Below, in pieces: positions 1 to 10,046 of a stretch of DNA of 43,839 nucleotides; positions within the stretch are counted from its first letter, which is position 1; every line of letters begins with the position of its first letter. The position numbers were made by a program, and so were the translations under genes. Origin of the DNA: Thermodesulfobacteriota bacterium (GTDB taxonomy: Bacteria > Desulfobacterota_D > UBA1144 > Nemesobacterales > N074bin48); NCBI GenBank assembly GCA_041572575.1, contig JBFFSH010000016.1, positions 1 to 43,839 on the forward strand, in the 5' to 3' direction. The notes beneath the pieces are model-generated. The model searched no databases. It was given only the letters and a program-made list of their open reading frames with translations, and was not told where the DNA came from.

Positions 1-69
1 AAAATCTTTCTTAGGATTAAAAGTCCTGTCTTCCTTAAGAAGCACTTCAAAAGTGTTTGAGTTTTTCAT
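1..69 (-). CDS. 5' end of probable acetate--CoA ligase (acetyl-CoA synthetase), running off the window edge
   Basis: Reverse strand from ATG at 69 reads MKNSNTFEVLLKEDRTFNPKKDF, resembling the Acs N-terminus (IExLLxExRxFxPxxEF). Only 23 codons are visible. Confidence 0.55.
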   Translation of the reverse strand, partial: MKNSNTFEVLLKEDRTFNPKKDF

Positions 70-212
70 TATTCACATTAAATTTGGAATATTTAAAATT
101 TTGATAAACACCAATAAGAATATATTATTTTAAATCTTACTAATCATTATACTACTTTACTTTTTTTATGTAAATACTATAAATTCATAATGACAATTAA
201 TAACAATTCTAA

Positions 213-2552
213 ATGTCTGAGCTAAAAAAACACAGTTCAAAAGATACTCTGTCAGTGTTGCTGATATTATTTTCCTGCCTCTATGTTGGTATAGGAATTA
301 CTATATTCCAGGTATTTTCATCGGATTTTAAAGAGTTCCCTCCGCCATTTTTAAATCCTCTAGTTAATTCACTTACTCTACCCACACTTATATTAATCAT
401 TCCAACAATTTTATTAACTCTATTATTTACCATATTAAGTTTTATAAATAAAAGAGTATCCATGATATATCTATGTATTATAATTGCTGTCAGTATTACT
501 CTATATTCTCTTAGAGCTAATTATTTGTTAAATTCCGTTTATACACCCTCAAGCCTCATAATCGGTTGTTTTTTCATCATTCTATTCTTAGCTGCATATC
601 GTTTTAATCGTTTTATATTCACTTTTTTTCAAATTCTAACATTAGTATCCGCCCCGCTTACTCTGTATTTTAGTTATCAATACTATAATTTTCTTAAAGA
701 AAACAAGTCAACAATAATAAATAAAAACGAAGTTGATTATTTTAGTAAGATCGGAAACAAAAATACTCCCGTATTTTTTATAATTTTTGATGAACTGAGT
801 TCATATATATTAATGGATGAGAATAAGCAAATTAATAAAGCCTTATTCCCGGAGTTAAATGAATTTGCGAAAATTTCAACATGGTACCCAAATGCGGTCA
901 CACAGGTATCCGAAACTCTAACAACTACAAGCTCAATGTTTTCAGGACATGATGAGCTTAAAAATTGCAGTGGTAGTGAGGAACTTTGTGGACATACTGT
1001 TATCTGGAATCTCGTTAAAGGTAAAATCCCTACAAAAGATATACGCAATCTAAATGGTATAAAACAAAAAACTAATAAGATTGATTTATGGACATCAATA
1101 GATAAATATAAGGTTCAAAAAGATACACTCAGAATTTTAATTGAACCTGGGTTGAATAACAGTTTAAAGAATTTCCTTAAACAGATCATAGATTTATATC
1201 TATTATCAATACAAAATTCCAGCTGGTCAGTAAAGATATTTGGTGCTGATACTTATTTAGACCTAACAAGTTCAAATCACGCAAAGGGTGCTATCGTTGA
1301 TGGTATTCCTAAATCATATGGATTTTTAGCTTGTGCCACAAAAGCAAACAGAGCCATAATCAGGTTTAATTTGTTCACTGACAGAATTGATCCCCAAAGA
1401 TATTTTATCAACAGTATTCTTACCAGCCTTACACATACCCCTCTTTGTTTTGACTCTGATGGAATAATTGAGGTTGTATATCCTATAAGACCCTTATTGG
1501 ATGATAATGAAAAAGTCAATTATCTGCCCGATGCCGTAGCGATGTCGGAATATGCTCAAACAAGCTGCACTAGTGACGAAATTTCCATCAACATCAGAAG
1601 AGCAAGAATTAATCAATCAATGCTTGCAATGAAGATGTTTAATAAAACAATTACCAGAATTAAGGAACTTGGATTATTTGATAAATCACTGATTATCGCA
1701 GTTAGTGACCATGGTGTGGGATTTTTAGGACCTTCATTTGGCAGGGCAAACCATAAATTAAGAAATAGTGAAGATATACTGGATAACAGAATGATGAATG
1801 CTTCTACATTACTTATGATTAAATATCCTCATCAAAAACAGCCACAAACAGACTATAGAATGGTAAGACCTATAGATATTGGTGCCACTTTGATGGACAT
1901 TATAGAGTTTGATCCACCATGGGATATCGACGGACAATCCCTTCTTTCTGACAATTGGAAAAACCTTTCACCACCCCTGGACTTTTTTCAGATAATGTAT
2001 GAGGATAATCAATGGAAAAACAAGACGGATAGTGGAACATTTTTAAAAGGTAAAATCAGTGAGCCATTAAAATATTTTGATACAATAAAACATAAATTTA
2101 ATAAACTCACTGTTTATAAATCAAAATGGATTGATAAAAATGCTGAACAGCTTCCCCTAATGAGACAAAAATCCGGCAAGCTCGAGTATTTAAAGATAGA
2201 GAAGACATTGCCAACAGAAAATTCACAAGACTATATTCTTACTCTAGGAGGATACTCGGTAGATCCAAAATTAAATCCAGCAAGTCTCACCTACATATCT
2301 GTTAACGGTAAAATTATTAAAGCTATAAAACCATGTCTGAGTTTTAACAAATCTTATCATTATATAGGCTCAATCCTGGCTGGATGGGTAGTTAGCATTC
2401 CTTCTGAGTTTATTAAATCAAAAAATATAAAAATAAGGGCATTTAGCAAAGTCGAAAATAGTAATGAGGAGTTCTTTTATGAGCTGGAAAACCCTATAAA
2501 TATAGAGCTTACAGATGAGCAGTTTAATAAAGTAGGTTACTACGATAATTGA
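213..2552 (+). CDS. Membrane-anchored sulfatase-like / alkaline phosphatase superfamily protein
   Basis: About 5 N-terminal hydrophobic helices, then IIFDELS metal site, SDHG motif and DIGATLMDI...DGQSLL tail. Visibly AT-rich. Confidence 0.75.
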   Translation: MSELKKHSSKDTLSVLLILFSCLYVGIGITIFQVFSSDFKEFPPPFLNPLVNSLTLPTLILIIPTILLTLLFTILSFINKRVSMIYLCIIIAVSITLYSLRANYLLNSVYTPSSLIIGCFFIILFLAAYRFNRFIFTFFQILTLVSAPLTLYFSYQYYNFLKENKSTIINKNEVDYFSKIGNKNTPVFFIIFDELSSYILMDENKQINKALFPELNEFAKISTWYPNAVTQVSETLTTTSSMFSGHDELKNCSGSEELCGHTVIWNLVKGKIPTKDIRNLNGIKQKTNKIDLWTSIDKYKVQKDTLRILIEPGLNNSLKNFLKQIIDLYLLSIQNSSWSVKIFGADTYLDLTSSNHAKGAIVDGIPKSYGFLACATKANRAIIRFNLFTDRIDPQRYFINSILTSLTHTPLCFDSDGIIEVVYPIRPLLDDNEKVNYLPDAVAMSEYAQTSCTSDEISINIRRARINQSMLAMKMFNKTITRIKELGLFDKSLIIAVSDHGVGFLGPSFGRANHKLRNSEDILDNRMMNASTLLMIKYPHQKQPQTDYRMVRPIDIGATLMDIIEFDPPWDIDGQSLLSDNWKNLSPPLDFFQIMYEDNQWKNKTDSGTFLKGKISEPLKYFDTIKHKFNKLTVYKSKWIDKNAEQLPLMRQKSGKLEYLKIEKTLPTENSQDYILTLGGYSVDPKLNPASLTYISVNGKIIKAIKPCLSFNKSYHYIGSILAGWVVSIPSEFIKSKNIKIRAFSKVENSNEEFFYELENPINIELTDEQFNKVGYYDN

Positions 2553-2579
2553 TAAAATACAGTAGGAAATGTAATCATA

Positions 2580-3560
2580 CTAATTGTCATTAACCATATT
2601 GTTCTTGATCCATTTTACCCGTTCAAATCTCCTGTCTTTGCGATCCTCAGATTGTTTCCATAATTTTTTTTGATACTTCGTTGAAGGAGTAATTATCTTA
2701 TCTATGGCTTTTGGTCTTCCCTCTTTACTAATATGCACAAAATTGAGATAAGCCGTGCACGAATGTTTTTTTACAGCAGTTGTAAGGTTTTCTGTATGCA
2801 CATTTACTTCTATATCCATTGATGACCTGCCGATGTAATTTATCCTTGCATGCAGTGTTATCAGTTCTCCAACCCTTATAGGCTCGTAAAAATGCACATC
2901 ATCCACTGAACCTGTTACAACGACACCTCTGGTAAATTTTCTTGCTAGTATCGCCCCGGTTTCATCAATATCCATCATTAGTTTTCCAACTGAAAGATAA
3001 TTTCCATAAAATGCATCTTCTGGAAGCACAACTCTTATAGTTTCTATCTGCCACTCATAATTTTTTAGATACTTAATATCCTTTAATTCTGGTTTAGTGT
3101 CCTTAAGTCTCTCAATCCTTTGTGCTTTTCTTTTTTTAGCGTCCTTATAGACCTTCCTTTCATCATCATCTGCCGGACTAATTTTGTTTTCTACTTTTTT
3201 TGGACTGCCATTTTCATCTATCGCTACATATGCTAAATGAGAAAATGTAGTAAGCTTTTTCTCCCCGGTGCTCGTGTTTTCTGACTCTACCTTTACACCA
3301 ATCTCCATAGAACTTGTACCGATATATTCTACCCAGCTGTTTAACAACACTACCTCACCTGTTCTCACAGGGTTTAGGAAATCAATGCTGTCTGCAGTGC
3401 CAAGTACAATAAGCCCCTTTGCAATTCTCGATGAAGTGATGCTACCCAGCACCATGATCCAGTTCATTAGTCTTCCGCCATGCAAAGTGCCGTAGTTGTT
3501 TGCATGCTCCGGAAATACAAACTGAATCATCTGATTGGACGTATCTTTTATGGAAGGCAT
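2580..3560 (-). CDS. Double-hotdog acyl-CoA thioesterase
   Basis: Two hotdog repeats: VFPEHANNYGTLHGGRLM...GTSSMEIGV and VLPEDAFYGNYLSVGKLM...GRSSMDIEV. Confidence 0.88.
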   Translation of the reverse strand: MPSIKDTSNQMIQFVFPEHANNYGTLHGGRLMNWIMVLGSITSSRIAKGLIVLGTADSIDFLNPVRTGEVVLLNSWVEYIGTSSMEIGVKVESENTSTGEKKLTTFSHLAYVAIDENGSPKKVENKISPADDDERKVYKDAKKRKAQRIERLKDTKPELKDIKYLKNYEWQIETIRVVLPEDAFYGNYLSVGKLMMDIDETGAILARKFTRGVVVTGSVDDVHFYEPIRVGELITLHARINYIGRSSMDIEVNVHTENLTTAVKKHSCTAYLNFVHISKEGRPKAIDKIITPSTKYQKKLWKQSEDRKDRRFERVKWIKNNMVNDN

Positions 3561-3603
3561 TTAGCTAATTTACTATAAAGAAGTAACAAATGAAAATGAT
3601 ATT

Positions 3604-4164
3604 TTATATAAAGTCCAAAGCACAGAGATGATCAAAGAATGCCCGTTTGTTATAACTACTCTCACCGGGATATTTTTTCTTTAGTATTCTATATGCACTC
3701 TTTAGTTTCTTACTTGAACTTCTAACTAAACTCTCACTCCTAATCATCGAATAATCAAACGAACTGATTTTCCATTTAAAAAGCGTTTCTTTTTGTTCTT
3801 TAATGGAACTGATTATCAGATTATGAAAATTGTCTAATCCGGACGGTGGATTTAGATTATAAAGACTCGATATTATATTACTATAATGTTTAGCAACTTC
3901 GCCTTTTTGTCCGTTGCTGCCAAGCCACATCAACATATTAACTTTTTCGATCGTAGCAAGATCAGTTAATTCAAATACTTCTGATAAGTAAGTTTTTTCT
4001 TCTAAAGACATTTTTGCAGAGTTGTAATCAAACTCTGTTCTTCTATGAGGTATTGCACTATAAGCCTCTTCTATTGTAAGAGAATAACTATGAGGACTTA
4101 TGTAGAAAGAGCATGCGAAAAGAGCAAGTATGATTAGATGATTGCTTATACTATTCATAATCAC
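3604..4164 (-). CDS. Hypothetical exported protein
   Basis: 186 aa ORF with signal-peptide-like N-terminus; ends AFFDHLCALDFI. Confidence 0.7.
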   Translation of the reverse strand: MIMNSISNHLIILALFACSFYISPHSYSLTIEEAYSAIPHRRTEFDYNSAKMSLEEKTYLSEVFELTDLATIEKVNMLMWLGSNGQKGEVAKHYSNIISSLYNLNPPSGLDNFHNLIISSIKEQKETLFKWKISSFDYSMIRSESLVRSSSKKLKSAYRILKKKYPGESSYNKRAFFDHLCALDFI

Positions 4165-4209
4165 ATCTCAATATTGTTTAATTGGTGTTTTTATGAAACT
4201 ATACCTATA

Positions 4210-4674
4210 TTAATTCTTTTTCTTCTCTTCCTGTAATTTTTGTATCTGTTGCTGCAGCTCGGGTAGATTCTTTTCTATATTTTTCTGGCCTGCGGCAATA
4301 GTTTCTAGCATTAGAGTTGGGACTTCAGCAAGTGCTTTCTGTCCAACTGGAGATTTATAAAATCTTGCAAGTTCATTTAACTCAGCTTCAGTAAATTTTA
4401 TAGTATACAATTCTATAACATCATCTTTCACAATATCCCAGTTAGAGTATTTATTATAAAAGTTGTTTAATACTTCTTCATATCCAGAAATTCTTTTATT
4501 TCTTGCAACCTGTATGGCTACCATTCTTTTATTGGACTTCTCAAGCATATTTTGAATGTCCATTGTTACCAAAAGCTCTTGTGCGGCTTTTTTGTGTGAG
4601 GTTTCATCGGCAATAGAAAATGCTGTAAATGTGAGAAAAAGACTAAACGCAGCTAATATTATTTTATTATTCAA
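4210..4674 (-). CDS. DUF2059 family exported protein
   Basis: Signal peptide; YxxxFTEAELNELARFYKSPVGQK motif; AGGAGA SD before TTG start. Confidence 0.85.
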   Translation of the reverse strand: MNNKIILAAFSLFLTFTAFSIADETSHKKAAQELLVTMDIQNMLEKSNKRMVAIQVARNKRISGYEEVLNNFYNKYSNWDIVKDDVIELYTIKFTEAELNELARFYKSPVGQKALAEVPTLMLETIAAGQKNIEKNLPELQQQIQKLQEEKKKN

Positions 4675-4721
4675 ATCTATCTCCTTAAAAATCTTTGTTT
4701 ATATAATTATAGCAAATTATT

Positions 4722-5348
4722 CTATTGTCCAAATTTATTACCCTGTTTCGATAAAAAAACTAATTCTTCATTTGTAGATTTTCTGTTCAGTACTTCATTC
4801 CTGTGTGGAAATCTTCCAAATTTCTCTATAATATTTCTGTGTAAAACTGCATAATCCAAGGAATTTTTTACAATACTTACCTTGTTGCTATCAACTGTAA
4901 CCAGCAAATCCTCAAATAGTTTCACACACTTGTCCTGCTCTTCCAGATTTTCAGAGTGTTCAAGTGGTAAGTAATAAAAGCATTTTTCAATAACTTCCAA
5001 CTCTCTATCATGACCTCTTTGGATTCCGGCTTTACAAATCCTAAGTGCTTCAGCATCGAACTGAAACGCCTCCCTTTTGCCCCTGTATATGTTTCTTGTG
5101 AACTGATCCAACAATATAATTAGTGCCAAAGTTCCCTTAGCCGACTGCTCCCAGTGTATTAATTTTCCTTTTCCAGCCTTAACCACAAGCTCTTCAAACT
5201 CTTCCCTGATAGTATTATCAATCTGAGAATTTGGCATAAACCAGAAATCATTTCTGTTTTCTACTATTAAACCATCTCTTATATCGCCAAACCAAAAATC
5301 TAGGACATATTCAATATATTTATTCATATATTTGTGACTTGATACCAA
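4722..5348 (-). CDS. DUF924 family protein
   Basis: VLDFWF, LALIILLDQFTRNIYRG, YLPLEHSE and FGRFPHRN motifs. Confidence 0.9.
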   Translation of the reverse strand: MVSSHKYMNKYIEYVLDFWFGDIRDGLIVENRNDFWFMPNSQIDNTIREEFEELVVKAGKGKLIHWEQSAKGTLALIILLDQFTRNIYRGKREAFQFDAEALRICKAGIQRGHDRELEVIEKCFYYLPLEHSENLEEQDKCVKLFEDLLVTVDSNKVSIVKNSLDYAVLHRNIIEKFGRFPHRNEVLNRKSTNEELVFLSKQGNKFGQ

Positions 5349-5436
5349 TAGTTTGTAAAATAACTATAGATATTTTATTAAAAATGAATTACTATTTCCT
5401 AATTACATATTATTCATATTTTAATCTCACAATTCA

Positions 5437-7832
5437 ATGAGGATAGGACTTCTACTAATTCTAATTGCTGCACTTGGTACCGCTGTATACATGTACAGGA
5501 CGGAGATACCATATCTTAATGATTTCTTTCCTAGCGAATCAAAATCCAAATTCCAATCTAAAAAAAAGCACAAAAAGAAACCTCATTCACCTACTCAAAG
5601 AAATACTTTCAACATCGATGAGAAAACGAAAGAAGAAATAAAGGCGTATTTCAAAGGGATAAAATTGAACCCCAAAAACAACTATATGAAATATGCCATG
5701 GACTTAGACAGTAAAAAAGGCAGAAAACAATTATCTCGGGGAAATTATAAAGGAGCATATAAAACTTATCAAGAAGTATTAGCCATTAGTTATAACAATA
5801 AAAACTTAAGAGGTATTGGTGTTTCTCTTGGCTATATTGCAAATATTCTTAATAAAGCAGGCGATAAAGAGAATGCTCTTAAAACATATTTACTGCAGCA
5901 TAAAATAACTGAAACTATGCATGCCCCCCATGATCTTGGTGTAGTGCAATTGAGTATATCTAGGATGCTAGCTTACAAAAATGAAAGTTTATCACTCATG
6001 TGGTTAATGAAAGCCCGAGATAATCTAAAAGGCACACATTATAAACGCGATACAGTCAGTGTTCTAGAAGAATTAGGATCCAAACATTATTATCAAGGAC
6101 ATAAGGAAAAGGCCGGCATATTTTATAAGGATGCATGGGATTTAGCACTTACTTTAGGAAAATCTAGATATGACAGATGGGCCAGATGGGAAGCTGGCAA
6201 ACTATATTCTATCTATCTCCAAAAAACAGATAATTATCAAAATTCACTAAACATTTTAGAACATATTACAAAAGAATTTCCAGTAGTTGAAATGCAGGGG
6301 GAAATGTACTCTGAAACATTATTTCTTATTTCTAAGTCATATTCAAAACTGAAATATACAGAGCAGGCCGATAATTCATATCATAAAGCTTATATAGCCT
6401 ATCAGCATGCTAGATCTAAATCATTGGGAGATGTAGGTAGAGCAAAATTGGATTCTAAATTTAATAATTATATAGACGAATACATAAATCATTTAATAAC
6501 AAACAACAAGTATATGCATGCTCTTGTAACTATCGAATCAAATAAAGCTCCTACTTTAAATGATATAATGGAAGATGTTTATCAAAAGGATGTTTATCAA
6601 AAGCTTTCCGATCTAAATACTAAACATCAACTAGAAATACAAGACTTTATTAAACAAAATTCACAAACATCAGAAATATCAGATGAAAATATATTAATCA
6701 AGTACTCTCAGATAACTCAAAAACAGCAACAGGAAAAAAAGGAACTTGAAATATCACTTAACATAAGAACTGTTCCAGTAAGCAGTTCACTTTCTGCTAA
6801 TGATATTCATTTAGCTCAAAATCATCTACCAGATGATACTGCAATTTTATCATTTTATATTAGCAAAGAACTTTCAGGATTATTTATTTTACTTAATAAT
6901 AGTAAAAAGTTTGTAAAATTAAATATTGATGAGAATTCACTCTATCTTCTTGCAAGTGAGTTAAGAGCTTCAATAATTAATCCTTATACAGACTATTACA
7001 AAGAATCTTCTGTAAAATTATATAGTGCTCTATTCGGTGAAGTACTAAAACATTTAAACAAGAACATAAAGAACCTTATTGTTGTATCTGATAATGTATT
7101 AAGCAGTATCCCCTTTAGCCCTCTTTATGACGGAAAATCATTTCTGATAGAAAATTATTCTATATACCGTGTCCCTTCTTTAAGGTTTATAAAGAGTTTT
7201 GCAATTTAAATAAAAAATCATTAGATAGTGGAATTGCTTGTGTTGATCCAGAAGTTCGAGGTGCACGTCTGCCATTCCAGGCTGAAACCGGTGATTATTT
7301 AAAAAATCTATATAATTCTAAGTTAAACCTGATAGCAGGCAAAAAATGTTCAATTTCTGGATTATCCGATGAAATAAGTTCAGTTAAAATCCCTTCTTTT
7401 CTGCACATTGGCGCACATGGGAGTTTCTACTCTGGAAAACCTATGGAATCTTCAATTTATTTATCAGTGTCTGAAAATTCTCAATCAGGAATTTGGACAG
7501 CACATGATATTGCAACCACCGATCTTGGCAATTTCCCGCTTGTAACTCTCAGCAGTTGTGAGACAGGACTATCAGACATAGATACTGAAAGAGATGTTTT
7601 TGGGTTTCATAGGGCATTGTTTTTTGCAGGTGCACAATCTATTTTATCTCCCCTATGGGCTGTCCATGACAAGGGCACCGCATTTTTAATGCAAAATTTT
7701 TATAAATCATATTCATCAGGTGATAATCCTGCAACTTCACTTAAAAAGGCACAATTATTATCAATCAAAAATAAAGAATACAATCACCCTTATTTCTGGT
7801 CAGGATATACAATTACGGGATTACTATTATGA
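5437..7832 (+). pseudogene. TPR + CHAT (caspase-like peptidase) protein split by a -1 frameshift near 7190
   Basis: ORF 5437-7209 has a TM anchor, TPR-like helices and the CHAT N-half (IPFSPL...PSL). The -1 frame is open 7131-7832 and encodes LPFQAE, HIGAHG, LSSCETG, LWAVHD and HPYFWSGY. Confidence 0.8.
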
Positions 7833-8713
7833 TCAAACGTTTTATATTAAATACAACCGTATTCCTTTTATTCTCCAACATTGCAATCTGTGACGAGATT
7901 GATCAACTGCTTCAAAAAGCACTTGATGCTAAATTTTCAGAAGTAGGTAATGATTCATCAGCAAGGCAAAGATATCTATTTGAAATACTGCAAAAAGAAC
8001 CCGACCATCTTGAAGCATTGTGGCAGGTAACACTAATCAAGCTAAATTCTATTCCAAGTAGCAGCTTGAGCAAAGAAGCCCCATATCTTGCTATGCTTGG
8101 GCCGGAAGTAAATAAGATATTGGATACTGCAATATCCAAAGGAAATAGAGCATTTTATCACTATATAAATGCTGTATATGCTTCAGCACATAAAGCATAT
8201 GATACTGCTCTGATTGAAATTGAAAAGTCGATAAACCTGGAACCTCAGTCTGCTCGCTATGTATTAAACAAAGGTAAAATACTTATAGATAAAGGTAGGT
8301 GGACATATAATGATGATAATATTGCGCAGGGACTTGATATGATAGAAGCAGCTCTTATTTTATCGAAACAAAATAAAAATCCTTTTCATTCACCATGGCA
8401 CTACAATTTTCAATTAGCTTTAGGAAACTCCTATTTTGAAAACCCGAAATGGCAGGAAGTTATATCTAATTACCAAATTAGTATAGATATTATGGAAAAA
8501 GTTAATGCTACACAAAAATCGAGCTATGCATATGCGTGAAGAAACATGAGCACTGCATACAGAAAAATTGGTGACTGCACAAATGCACTAAAATCAGCAG
8601 ACAAAGCATTAGAAGTAATGGATTTCAAAGCTGCTCAATATGCTAAAAGTACAGCAGAGCTTTGTATTGAAATGCAGAAGATGGTTTATAAGGATATAGT
8701 TAAATCAAAATAA
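7829..8713 (+). pseudogene. Exported TPR protein with in-frame TGA at 8537-8539 (294 aa if read through)
   Basis: After YAYA-TGA the frame continues RNMSTAYRKIGDCTNALKSADKALEV... to TAA at 8711-8713, completing a TPR helix pair. ATGA-coupled to the CHAT gene. Confidence 0.75.
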
Positions 8714-8729
8714 ATGTAGTAGTCGTACC

Positions 8730-9446
8730 CTAATTAAATTTTATAAATTCTTCCTCAATTTGGTTATAAAGCTCACCAAGCCAGATTGGATTACTTCCCT
8801 CAGGAACAACTAAATCTTGCTTTCTCGGATCAAATGGAGCTATAACCACTTTTACGTTTTGTTTACCTACATTCTCCACTAATACGAATAGCTCTTCAAT
8901 AGCATTATCTCCCATGGCAAGGCAGCCGACAGACAAAGCTTTACCGTGAATGAAAATATCAGAGCCCGGGTTTGTTCGGCCGTCCTTTTTAGCTTGTAAA
9001 AGATCAAAATCATTTGGGTAATTCAGTTTCAATGATAGGTGATATGAGCTGTTTGGATTCAGACCAATAATTCGGTAGATACCTTCGGGTACCTGATGAT
9101 CTCCTTCCCTCAGTTTCGGCCCTAATTTACCACTTGTCTTTTTTATATCATAGGTTCTTATATATTTAAAATCTGCTCCGTCTGATGCCCACAGCTCAAG
9201 TTCTTTATCATCCTTTGTTGCAAGCATTACTACTTGTTTAGGTGGATAGATAACACCTGCATTTTTGAAATAAGGTGCTAAACGTGCTACAGCCTGCTCG
9301 CCATATATTGAGATCACATCCGCAACCGTCCTTTGCCCCGCTAATGCACGATACTTAGGTACCCAAACACTTCTGCCGTAATAATATAATAGAAAGATTG
9401 CTGCAGGGAAAAGAACTAAAAGAAAAAAAAGGTACTTTTTAGGCAT
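8730..9446 (-). CDS. L,D-transpeptidase family protein (YkuD domain, YafK-like)
   Basis: GPKLREGDHQVPEGIY, YHLSLKLNYPN and IFIHGKALSVGC (His/Cys) motifs; N-terminal TM. Confidence 0.88.
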   Translation of the reverse strand: MPKKYLFFLLVLFPAAIFLLYYYGRSVWVPKYRALAGQRTVADVISIYGEQAVARLAPYFKNAGVIYPPKQVVMLATKDDKELELWASDGADFKYIRTYDIKKTSGKLGPKLREGDHQVPEGIYRIIGLNPNSSYHLSLKLNYPNDFDLLQAKKDGRTNPGSDIFIHGKALSVGCLAMGDNAIEELFVLVENVGKQNVKVVIAPFDPRKQDLVVPEGSNPIWLGELYNQIEEEFIKFN

Positions 9447-9475
9447 ATGAATCCTATTAATTACTTTACATCAAC

Positions 9476-9844
9476 TCAAGTATATCTATTTCTATAAATC
9501 GCATTAGAATATACCTGGATCCGGTTTTGTTCGGGATCTCGGAAATCGAAAACTATATTGCCGTCCTTATCAGGCTCAGGCAAGCGAACTCTGGGCTTAT
9601 ATGCTTTAACACGCTTTACTAATCCGTCTATGTCATCAGTATAGAGCATTAATTTTTGCCTGCCGCCGTTTGGTTTGGTGCCGCTGTGCAGGCACAGTTC
9701 AGCCCCTTTTTTTGAAACAAATTTAAAGAATTTATGTGCAGGAAACGGCTGAGTATCGAGCGGCGTAAGCCCGACAACATCACGATAAAATGCAGTCATG
9801 TTTTTAATGTCTTCACAAAAAATCATTATGCCTGTGATGTTCAT
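9476..9844 (-). CDS. VOC / glyoxalase family protein
   Basis: FYRDVVGL and FRDPEQNRIQV motifs; GAGGT SD. Confidence 0.85.
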   Translation of the reverse strand: MNITGIMIFCEDIKNMTAFYRDVVGLTPLDTQPFPAHKFFKFVSKKGAELCLHSGTKPNGGRQKLMLYTDDIDGLVKRVKAYKPRVRLPEPDKDGNIVFDFRDPEQNRIQVYSNAIYRNRYT

Positions 9845-10046
9845 GCTGACTACCTCATTTTCATATAGGTTTTATTATAATACAATTTGAAGTTAGATGC
9901 CGACTAAATACTAAAATTTCAGTTCATCTATAACTGCACCCAAATCTCCCCGCCTCAAATCCTTTTGCATTGAGATCGCTGTACTCTTTAAGTTCTCTAG
10001 GTTAGGACTTTGTATAAATGAGTGTAAGTGTTTTTGCATTTCTTTT

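Noticed and set aside
7205..7211. TTTAAAT as a programmed -1 slippery heptamer in the CHAT gene
   Set aside because: It is not phased X XXY YYZ relative to the upstream frame (codons ATT TAA), and no stimulatory structure is evident.
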